Made by a program: the position numbers and the translations under genes. 64,000 nucleotides of DNA, from contig JAYWIR010000082.1 of NCBI GenBank assembly GCA_036172245.1, positions 248,001 through 312,000 of the forward strand, written 5' to 3'. Every line of letters starts with the position of its first letter. The first letter of the stretch is position 1. The stretch is from Raillietiella orientalis. Lineage: Eukaryota. Positions 53,506-64,000 of the stretch are shown here, in pieces. Under the pieces are notes generated by a model. The model did no database searches, was not told the DNA's origin, and saw only the letters and a program-made list of their open reading frames with translations.

Positions 53506-56500
53506 ATGGAAACATTCGTTCGGGCTGCAATTCATTTCGAAAGGAAAACGAAGAAAGGCAACATGCAGTTTCGGGGCGCGGGCAGAGAGTGCCAGCAGAA
53601 ATATGGGGAAGCCCTGCGTGGGATGCGGCAAAGGATAGACCGGTTGATCGACGAGATCAAGGTCGTTTCGCGAAAAGGGAAGGAAATCCCTGCTGCGGAT
53701 ATTGCGGACAGAGAGCGCAGGATCGAAAGGACTCGGGGATTCAAAAAGAAAATAACGAGAAAGTTTTGTTGCATCCAGAACGTGGCAAAGGAGCTGCAGG
53801 AGAGACTAGGTAGCGGAAGAACCACCCCTACCCCCGGGTTTCTGACCAGGTTGATATCCATGCACCGTTGGATGGAAAACGCGCTGCAGGTAAGAGCGCA
53901 GAATCCGTGAAGCAGCGCCGCATCCGGAAAGCGCGCGCTGGTCGTTGCGCGCAGCGGTTCCGCGTCGCGCCTGAATTTCGACTCTCTTTTTTGCGCCTCA
54001 GGAATTTGTTTCGATGGTGCCGATGAGCGATCGCAGTCAACGTTTATCGTTCACGGTGCATGAGCTTGTTACGCTCATCAGGAAGGTTTCCTGCGTGGTG
54101 ATGGACCTTGGATTGGACGACGATCAGCAGATTCGGAACGTACACATCTTGGGGAGGCCGGTAAGCAGCTGCGAGAGGGAGCGCGCAGCGGAGCGCATCG
54201 GCGCGCCCGCGGCTTGTCTAACGCTTGTCCTCCTCTCCACTGCACGCAAAGCAGGATTATATGGCAGGCAGGCAGGCAGCAGGAGCAGAGAGCAGGCAGG
54301 CAGGCAGACACAGAAGAAAGGCATGCTAGTAGCAGGCAGGCAGGCAGGGAGGCAGGCAGACAGGCAGGCAGCAGCATGTGAGGGAGCAGGCAGGCAGCAG
54401 GCAGAGAAAGAGCAGCAAGGCAGCACAGATTGCAGCAGGCAGGCATGCAGGGAAGGCAGGCAGCAGCAGGCAGCAGGCAGGCAGGCAGCAGGCAGGCAGC
54501 ATAGCAGGCAGGCAGCATATGGGCCGGCCGGCTGATGGTCAGCGAGGATGACTTCAGATTGCGGTAAGAGAGGGCGTGGAGGGTGCGCGCAGGGGTGGGT
54601 GTGCGCGCCTCTGTGATCGCCGACTCCGTCGTGGGATGCGCTGGGGGAGAGGAAGGCGGCCCGTCTGCAGACGCACGTCCCCAACGACGCAAACAGCGTT
54701 CGCGTGCTGAGCGACCTGTGCGCTTTGCTGACCACCCAGCAGGACTGCGCACGCCTGTTGCGATGCGTGGATGCGGAAGCCCTGTGGATGCTCTTCTACT
54801 GCGTGTGCGACCTGGGTGCCGCCCAGGTCGAGGGGCTCGTCCGCAAGGCGCAAGGGCAGCCGAAAGTGTTGCTGGCTCTCATGCGGAGCGTCCGCGTCAA
54901 GCTGAGGGACGTGCTGGAGGAAAGGAACCGCAGGGCGGAAGCGGTTCTCGAACACCTCCAGCGCTTGAAGACCCAAATCGGCGACTTCTTTTCGCTACTC
55001 ACCGACGAACAACGGAGTCGGCAGAAGCAGTTTTTAGAAGGCAGCAAGGAGCTGCAATGCATCCTGAGCTTCCTCTTCGGCCAGGAGGAGGCCACGCTGG
55101 AAAGAGTGAAGAAGGACCTGAACGGAGACTTTGGAAAGTTCAAAAGGTTTCTCCGAAGCGTTATGTCCGTCGACATGACATTGATCGATCGACGCCGGGA
55201 GATGAATGCGAGTCTAAAGGCTGGACGAGATCGGAAAGCGGCAGGAGGAGTTGAAAAAGCAAACCATGAGTGGGCGCCTGCCCGCACTGAAGATGGAAAA
55301 CCTGGCCGTCCAGCAAGGAGTGAAGTTAGGGGGATGCAAAAGGAGCGATGCTACTTGGCGGTACGTGAAAGGGACCGCTCGCCGGGACGTGCAAGTCCGT
55401 CGGTGATGTGTGTAGGGGAGTCTCGCATTCGCTCCCTTCCAGGACAAAGGGGTCAAACTGGACGGCCGCCGGGACCGGGCGAACATGTTCCGGTGGATGT
55501 CGAAACTGGCGGAGAGGCACTTGCAGAAGGTGAGAGGAAGCACGCGTCGGAGCGATGCGCGAGCTCTCGTCGGCGCCTGCGGAAGGGATGGAGGGGAGAA
55601 CGCAAACCTGGAAGGGCTTACATGGCGGGAGGACGCAGGTCGGGGAAAAATCATTCCCGCCGGGCGCCGTGCGTTGGTGGCCGACGTCATTTCTTTCGAC
55701 ACGGAAGGTCGTCGATTGAACGACTCGCCGCAGCCGACGTCCTCTCGATTCGCGCGCTTCGGTGCAGCTCATCTCTGTGCACTTTTTGCAGAAGGAGCAG
55801 CAAGGGCCCAAGAAGCGCGGCGGCGCTTCCGGCTCGAAAACGCGCAGGCGACCCCATCTCCCGCAGGCGAACGCCGCCACTCGACGGTCGCAGGACGCCC
55901 CCGAGCTTCCCTTGAGGAGGACCAGCGTGCTGGTGAGGACGTTGCTGCTTCGACCGCTGGCGTGCCACTCGAGCCGGCGCCGAGCACCCCACACGCATGG
56001 TCGTACTTTTTAGAACATACTGGAGGCCAAGTTCGGCGACGTGCCGGAGGACTGGCCGACGAGGCTGCGCGCGCTCATCAGCAAGCTGTTTGAGCACGCG
56101 ACGAAGAGAGCGGAAACCAGGTCAGCCAGACCGCCTGCTCGTCTCCTTTCCCCGCTTCCCTGGTCTTTTTCTTGGCCCGCAGGGTGGAGGTACACGACGC
56201 AGAGCAGGCGTACCGGCACCAGGCTCCCGCGAGCGCCGGGCTCGCTGTGCAGCCGTTCGTGGAGCGGCCGGTGCACCCGTGCGACGCCGTGGGACCACCT
56301 GCCACAGACGTAATGTTGGGGTGTCGGTGCGCGATACGGGGAGGAGGGAGGCGCGGGTTTGCGCAGCGGGCTCGCACTTTCTCCGGCGGGACTACGGCAG
56401 GCGTCGTGGTGCTGGCGCCTCCGCGTCGCGATCGCGCTGCGCATGCGGCCTCCCTCGCCAGCGTCCGTTTCTCTCGTCGCCGCAGTCGTCGCGTGTCCTT

Positions 56501-57245
56501 CTTTCTTGCAGACGGGTTGCGAGCTGACCCAGGCCTGCCTCATCGACAGCTGCCTGCGCAGGTGAGCCAAGTCCGCCGAGCGCCCGTTCGCGCCCTCCGC
56601 GCTAGCGCCCTTCGAAGTTTCGCTCGCGTTTGGCTCGTTCTCCCCAGGATGGGAGACATGACGAAGGTCTTTGGTGACGTCGGACCCAGTCTGGAAGAGC
56701 AAGACGCATCCTCGAGGTGAGAGGAGGACCGGTATCCCGGCGATGGGGCAAAGCGGGAGGGAGGCGTTTGCCCCGGGTTGCCGTGTCCAGCCCCGCGGAA
56801 GACCAATTCGCTCCGTGCTCCATCAGGTTTCGCACGCAAGGCACGGAAGGTGGCGCCCCGGAACCGCCGTCGCGTCTCGATTACCGCACGTTGCTGGCGG
56901 ACGACGAAGACGCGGTGGACGAGACGCAGGTCAGCCACGCCTGTTTCCACTCTACCTCGCCATAACGAAGACCGCGTTCCTACCTCCTGGAATTCACGTC
57001 TCGCTCTCGTTTCAGTTTACCTGCGACGCCGGTTCTCTGCTACGCAGCCAGGAGGAGGTAGCGGGATGCGAGTGAGGCGCGCGCCCTGCGTCCGAAAGCG
57101 ACGCGCTTTGCACAGCCCGCCAGCCACCGCCACTTGCCGAGCGTGTTTCCGTTGCAGGCGCGGCCTGGAGAGCTTCCTCACCACGCTCGCCACCCACATC
57201 GACAACATCCGGTGGAGCGTCGACGGGGAGCTTTCGGCGTGCTGA
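53506..57245 (+). CDS. 12-exon GC-rich gene, ~730 aa helical protein of unknown function (start of exon 3 disrupted in this copy)
   Basis: Exons: 53506-53889, 54002-54160, ~54530-55360, 55443-55529, 55792-55932, 56014-56120, 56183-56309, 56512-56561, 56648-56716, 56827-56929, 57016-57071, 57158-57245. All readable junctions are GT-AG with matching phases. TGA stop, then AATAAA at 57346-57351. No domain recognised. Confidence 0.8.
54259..54522. repeat. Degenerate (GCAG)n/(GCA)n array inserted at the exon 3 acceptor
   Basis: ~250-nt low-complexity array flanked by ATATGG (54259-54264 and 54517-54522). It is absent from the paralogous copy at ~63090. Confidence 0.85.
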
Positions 57246-60200
57246 ACAGCGCGGTGGCGGAGCCGGCGCCGGCGGTCGGCTGCGGCGGGGCCGACTTCTG
57301 GCGCATACCACACAGCGCACGCACCCACACGCATCCGGCTCCTCAAATAAAACACTCTTCCCATCCGTGCTCTTCGTTCGTTTGCGAATCTCCGGGTCGT
57401 GTCGCAGTTCACGGTATCGAAGGCGATGCAACCGAAGCTCTGGTGGCCTCGCAGCAGGCAAGTTGCGAACCGTGGTGGCCTGCGTGCCGGTTCTCCGTGC
57501 ACCTTCTTCCGGAGATGAAGTAAGCGTCCTCCCATTCAGTTGTGCGTTGATTACTATAGAAATAGAGGTCCCGGTGCACCACGAAGCGACTTTGGGGTTC
57601 GTGAGCATGGATTTAACTCGGAATCCCATGACACGTGACGTGGAGTGCTCATTGGCAAGCAAAGCAAAATTTGTCTGCGGAAGGTGGGCTGTGGTTGACT
57701 TTTTTAGAAGATCAGAAAGTGCTGTGAGAAAAATGGAAAGTACTTTCCCATCAGGAGTCAAACGGAAGCTGCACGTTTCAGGCATGGACCAGAACGTTTG
57801 TGAAAAGAGATTCACAGTCGCGCGAAATCCAAAGACCATGGAAGCAAACCTGCATCGCGGACTCTGCACGGGTGAAAACACGTAAGGGTTGAGGTAAACA
57901 CTGGCTGACTGAATCGTGGATCGGATTACGCTTCATCTTGAATCGCGCGCACACATGGAAAAGGTGTCACGCGATCAAGCCGAACACCATGGGTGAGCGC
58001 GCAAATGGCCGCCAGAGGGTGGGCCGGTTCTCGATAAAGAAGTTTCATACGGCAGGCATCACCAGCATGCAAACCAGGAAGAAATGCAGCGACCGAGTGA
58101 GCGAATTCGCTCTGCGTCACCCTTGAAATATGAAGGTGTGCCGTCGGAAAAGAAAAGTCTTCCCAGCCGGCACAGAGAAAGATGAAATTGTGTGAACGGC
58201 ATTCCAACCGTATCAAAGCACTGGTTTTTCAGTCCGTGCTTCTTTATCCAAATGCGATTTTGAAGTGTTTCGCTACACTACACGCGAAAGACAAAAGTTG
58301 TTTGAATTTGTATGATGGCGCAACACTTTCCCCGCGTTTGACGCAAAATCTGCAAGGAGCTCTCCAGAGAGACGCGAAGGACACTGCGAAGGCCGCTGAG
58401 CATCCTGTGAGGAATGGATGGCATGGCTGCTGCCAGTTACGTGGCGTACCCGCTGAAAGCCAGCAGCGGGTGGACACGGACGCCCCCTGAAGTTTTGCAT
58501 CAGACGAAAGCCATCCACGGGGGTTCCGTGGATGGCTCGGGCGGGGAAGCCTCCCGGGGACGCTCATTCCACCGGGCTGGAGAAGTGGGATGCGTGGCCC
58601 ACGGGCGCAAGGCGTCGAAGATGAGTGCAAGGTCAGCTCGCGGTCGGAAGCGGCTCAGCCTCCGTGAACGTTGCGCGCGACCGCTCCCAAGCGAAGCCCG
58701 CGCAGCCATCGGCTTCTCTTACCGGGGTGGCGCGAGGGAGGAAGGACTGCATGCAAGTCTTCCAATACACCAATCTATCCGACAAACTGTTCAACGGAGA
58801 AGGGGGACTTAAGATTCAATTTGATTGCTTCGAATTGGAATTTAAACCTTTTCACCTTTCAGTCCCCAAACAGTGTGCTGCAAAAAGAAAATCCATTCAT
58901 AAACCATACACACTCATTGCTAAATGCAACAGTATGAGTATTCCTACTAATGAAGGATGTAGAAACCCTACATGTACATCCAAAACAAAAAACCCTAGGA
59001 AAATTATGAATAAACAAGACTACAAAAGGTTTTCCAGTTTCAACACCTGAAAAATCAATCGCTTTCCAGAATAGCTCAAAAAAAGGTTACATCTACTGGA
59101 AAAATACGATATAAATATGTAAGCTTACTGATCGAATTTTCTTGCTTACTACACATAACAATTGTCAAATGGAAATCACCTTTCCCTGAATAAGAAAAAT
59201 TGTTAGATGCAAAAATCATTCAACTTACTAATCATGCAATCATATTCCTTCTACACGAGCAGCAATGAAGCTCAGCTGTGCAATCATAGCATTTGCAGAA
59301 AACTACAATTAATCCCCTAACTTTCACACTCTTTAGATTGCCCAAAGCATTTCATTGAACAAATACTCAAACACAAGGAACTCTAATTTATATATCCTAA
59401 CAGCAAATGAGATAATGTCTACACATACATTTAAAGAAAGCATGCAGTAATCCTTAAAGAATGGCAGTGGTAATCGTATCTTGCTATGAAAATGGTCCAT
59501 TCAAATGCATTCATTCAAACACCGAAACTTCAAGAAATTTACTTTTCAATTTCACAAATTAGTATCCTTTCCAACTTTATCCTTTTTTTTTTTACATTTA
59601 GAGTTGAAATGAAATGATCATTCTGTAAATCCAAAATATCGTCATCCAACTGCATTCCACTACACCCCATCACCATTGCATCCATGCACTGATCTTAATT
59701 TTTGCATTGCATCTTAAAACTACAGTGTGTCAATTCCACCAATTTTCTCTCAAAATTATCAAAGAATTTATCATTTTCTCTTACACAAACTGCAAATCCC
59801 AAGAACCTACCCCACAATGAAACCCAGTTTTCTAAAGCTCAAATTGTCAAGTCATTTCCAATTTACAAAACCTGAAACATTCTCCAGGAGTCCTCCACTA
59901 CATAACATCTTGACCATTGACTCATTTTTTCCTCACTTAGTTTCCATCAACAAATAAGTCTATGTTTCAAATCACTCTTACTGTTTCAGTTTAGTGACAA
60001 ATCAGAAGTACACTATTGTCATTTCTCAATACCCTTGCATCTTTGAAATAGAGTAATGCAATGGAAACACACAAAACAAAAAGCTTACATTATGATCAGC
60101 TGAATCATTTTTTGTAAACAAAAATAATGCATCAAAAATATAAAACCTCATACATCCATGTATCCAATAGCACTTCTCATCCCTCGGTCTCCTTTTACGC

Positions 60201-62627
60201 CAGAGTACAATAATGTTTGCAAGTTCTTCCTCTGACATATTGCTCCTGTGACCTACTTTGCCTTTATTTGGGTGTTCTGGACAAACTGCTGTGTTTTACA
60301 GAATACATATCCTTCACATTTTCCACAATATCAGTCAAGTGGGGTCAGAGATGACCATGTAAGTCTTTGACTATTAAAACCACTTGGCAAGGAATGCTTC
60401 ATTCAGAATCTCAAACAGTTCTTGCATCATACTGTAGATTGTGTTACGTTGTTCATTTAAAACATTGAAAAAGTCCAGCTTAACATATTCCACAAATTTC
60501 AACTCAGTCTATTCCTGGATTGTCTTTAGAACAACTGCAAAAACAAAAATCTTTCCTGCTACTCTTATGACCTATTGACAACAGATCTTTAACATGTAAA
60601 AGCAAAAACAAAAAACGGAGGGAAAGGAATGGCATCTCTTGAAACTAATTTTATTTAAAAATGCATGAAAAATTGACGAGCATGACAGGAATGCAAAACA
60701 CCATGATCGCACTCGCCTGGCTGCTTTCTTCAGTTGTGTTCTAAAAAAAATCTGTCTTGACAGCAACATGAGCTTTGAGGTTTTTTACTGGGTAGCACAC
60801 ACATAATGTTAAGCTAACAACAATCCTAATGACCTGCTAACAGCAATTTCGGCACATCCTTGAAATGTAAATTTACGATCGAACATTCGGAAATTACAAC
60901 AGAAAAATAGAAGCTTCCTTAAATTAGGATGTCGTCTCACAAACAACCTATTTAAAAGCTGACTTTGCTTGAAAGGTTAATTGCAAGTTATAAATCTTTT
61001 CCTTATGGGAATGCATAGCACGATTTAGCAGTGACTTTAATGAATCACAAGAAAATATTTCATTCGCAATTATGAAAACAGCATTAGATTTTTGCAAATA
61101 GCATATTGTATTCATTGTTCACAAACAAAACTATAATTAGATCTCAAAAGTAAAAAGACAAAAATTCATTTTTCAAATAATCGTGAAATTGCATAACGGT
61201 AACTTTCATATCTATGTTATCAATTTTTCGCATTCATTACATTTCACTTAACGCCTTGCAAGCCCACTTTACTCTCGCATACACCACAGCATATTGTGGC
61301 AAGGAATGCATAAAGCAAGGAGATAAACATTAGAAGTTGATACCTATTCTTTATTTTTATGAAAGAAATGCGGATAATCCCCGGGATGAATAGAATCTCT
61401 TAAATCAATGAAATGCCGCTAATTATGAAGACTGCTCACCAACTGCGTGTAACTTATCAACGGTAATTTACTGATAATGGCTACCATCATCACACATCAC
61501 ACATTTCGGACATCTACTAGCTTGATGTTAGTAATGTTTCTCTTATGCCATACTTAATATCCTTAATTTCATTTCTGGAGTAGAATTTGAAAGAAATTTT
61601 CTCATGAAAAAAATGTCAACATCAGTCACACAGAGAATTACGAACTCGAGTAATGAATCGATTGTGTGGTACATTAGTTGAAAGTTTTTTTTATTATTAT
61701 TATCAATGCGGGATTAACATTGTCTAATCTTATAAGATTCAAATTCAAATCATGTTTTATTTTATTTTATCATATATTAAAGTGTCTCAGTTCTTCTTCT
61801 AGAAACTCCAAGTAAAATCAGACAAGAAGTCAGCCTACTAAGAAACTTCTATCAGAAAAGAATAACCGCAAAATATTTATCAAATATCTTATAAACTGAA
61901 ATCACAAAATCACATGAAACGCCATGAAACCAACAAAATACCAAACAGAAGAATAAAAGAAAACTGACAAAAGTAGACCTTCCTCCTGCTTAGATAACAC
62001 CGCCGTATAGTGGCGCGACCGAAGAAGAGGAATAACAGGCAATGGAACTAGAAACGAAAGCAGCTACATTCGCTGCAGCGATCCATCTGGACAACCATAC
62101 TCTTCTTCCTTGCCACCAGCAACTCGTCGAGACGATTCTGTGGAACCACCATCCGCCGCATCGACGACAAGAGCAGGTTGGAGCATATGATGCACGTGCT
62201 GTGCAATCTGCATTTCGAAAGCAGGAAGCGTACTGGGAGCTGAACATCGAAGATGAGGATGAACATCGTTCCCTCTGAGGGTACTGGGAACCAGTACGAG
62301 TGGTAGTACGCATCCCGCAACGTAAAAGGGCAGATCGGTATGCAAGAAAAGAAAAACATCGCCACCGCTGTCTTTGCAACAGAATTCGGACAGGAATTTC
62401 GGCACACGCCTTAAGGGATTACGGAGACGCTCCAAGACCGTTACATCACGTCAAGATCTGTGCCCGATAGAACAGCAGGTCACCCTGCAACGGCCGACGA
62501 AAAAACTTTCATACACATACAAAGAGGAATTGGGCATGGACATTTACTACGAGAGAGTCAAGAAGACGTTCATAGAACTGCTCAGAGACGTGATGGCAGG
62601 TGCCCATAGTGTTCAAATCTCGCACTA

Positions 62628-63826
62628 TCAAACGATTTGGATCTTCAGCCGCTGGAGGTGTTCGAGAACCGCTTCCGCCTTGCGGTTCCTCTCCTCCAGC
62701 TCGTCCCTGAGCTTGACGCGGACGCTGCGCATGACAGCCAGAAGGACTTCCGGCTTGTCTTGCGCCTGGCGGACGAGCCCCTCGACCTGGGCGGCACCCA
62801 GGTCGCACACGCAGTAGAAGAGCATCCACAGGGCTTCCGCATCGACGCATCGCAACAGGCGTGCGCAGTCCTGCTGGGTGGTCAGCAAAGCGCACAGGTC
62901 CTTCAGAACGCGAACGCTGTTTGCGTCGTTGGGGACGCGCGTCGGCAGACGGGCCGCCTCCCTGTCCTCGAGCGCATCCCACGACGAGTCGGCGATCTGA
63001 AGGCGCGCAGACCCACCCTGCGCACCCTCCACGCCCTCTCTTACCGCAATCACGAAGTCATCCTCGCTGACCATCAGCTCCGTGTCGTCCTGCACGTGCG
63101 AGTGGAGAGGAGGACAAGCGTTAGACAAGCCGCGGGCGCGCCGATGCGCACTCCCTCTCGCAGCTGCTTACCGGCCTCCCCAAGATGTTTACGTTCCGAA
63201 TCTGCTGATCGTCGTCCAATCCAAGGTCCATCACCACGCAGGAAACCTTCCTGATGAGCGTAACAAGCTCATGCACCGTGAACGATAAACATTGACTGCG
63301 ATCGCTCATCGGCACCATCGAAACAAATTCCTGAGGCGCAAAAAAGAGAGTCGAAATTCAGGCGCGACGCGGAACCGCTGCGCGCAACGACCAGCGCGCT
63401 CTTTCCGGATGCGGCGCTGCTTCACGGATTCTGCGCTCTTACCTGCAGCGCGTTTTCCATCCAACGGTGCATGGATATCAACCTGGTCAGAAACCCGGGG
63501 GTAGGGGTGGTTCTTCCGCTACCTAGTCTCTCCTGCAGCTCCTTTGCCACGTTCTGGTAATAGTAAAGGCTTCTCGTTATTTTCTTTTTGAATCCCAGAG
63601 TCCTTTCGATCCTGCGCTCTCTGTCCGCAATATCCGCAGCAGGGATTTCCTTCCCTTTTCGCGAAACGACCTTGATCTCGTCGATCAACCGGTCTATCCT
63701 GTGCCGCATCCCACGCAGGGCTTCCCCATATTTCTGCTGGCACTCTCTGCCCGCGCCCCGAAACTGCATGTTGCCTTTCTTCGTTTTCCTTTCGAAATGA
63801 ATTGCAGCCCGAACGAATGTTTCCAT
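62628..63826 (-). pseudogene. Inverted, 3'-truncated duplicate of the 53506-57245 gene (exons 1-3)
   Basis: Exons 63826-63443, 63330-63172 and 63089-62628. Homology spans 62633-63891 vs 53442-54980. The frame is open, but a stop follows immediately after the breakpoint. Confidence 0.85.
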
Positions 63827-64000
63827 GGTTTTTCTTCTCCTTGGCTCAGAGTGGAGGTGGGGGGGAATGGGAGGGTCAATGCTTTTCCTCTGAAACGCTG
63901 AAAACATCTACTAGAGACGCAGCAGACGTTGTCTGGAGCTTGGCCGAAGATAGTGGAGGGCATAAAAAAAAGAGCAAGAGATGGACGAGATGGCAGCTAA

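Noticed and set aside
60026..60540. Minus-strand exon-like fragments (RWD-like?)
   Set aside because: They contain stops, I could not build a consistent exon chain, and the similarity is too vague.
53442..63891. Long inverted repeats as TIRs of a Maverick/Polinton or foldback element
   Set aside because: The repeats are spliced gene exons and introns, one copy continues seamlessly into the full gene, and I see no integrase, polB or capsid between them.
1..64000. Prokaryotic systems (CRISPR arrays, operons, defence islands) or rRNA
   Set aside because: No repeat-spacer arrays, gene-dense operons or rRNA signatures; the architecture is eukaryotic.

Overview
This is eukaryotic, probably animal, genomic DNA, not prokaryotic: it has GT-AG spliced genes, a tRNA-derived SINE and many decayed transposons. 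Most ORFs in the supplied track are spurious. (1) About 0.5-28.6 kb and 41-50 kb are a graveyard of heavily decayed retroelements (CR1/L2-like and other APE-RT LINEs, an R4/NeSL-like RT, Penelope-like elements), recognisable only by motif order and spacing. (2) Inside this graveyard, at ~9.8-10.6 kb, is a near-full-length pseudogenised CRESS-DNA virus Rep (HUH endonuclease + SF3 helicase, nanovirus/alphasatellite-type Walker A), i.e. an endogenous ssDNA viral element. No capsid gene is visible. (3) About 29.96-40.27 kb is a multi-exon gene, AT-rich over most of its span. It encodes an EF-hand-like domain, a KASH5/LRMP-type coiled coil, hydrophobic segment(s) and a KASH-like tail, with lesions in the 3' half. 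(4) A Tigger/pogo transposase remnant lies at ~52.2-53.2 kb. (5) A GC-rich 12-exon orphan gene lies at 53.5-57.2 kb, with an inverted partial duplicate at 62.6-63.9 kb. All family calls come from by-eye motif comparison with remembered consensus sequences; no search was run. Some lesions may be long-read consensus errors.
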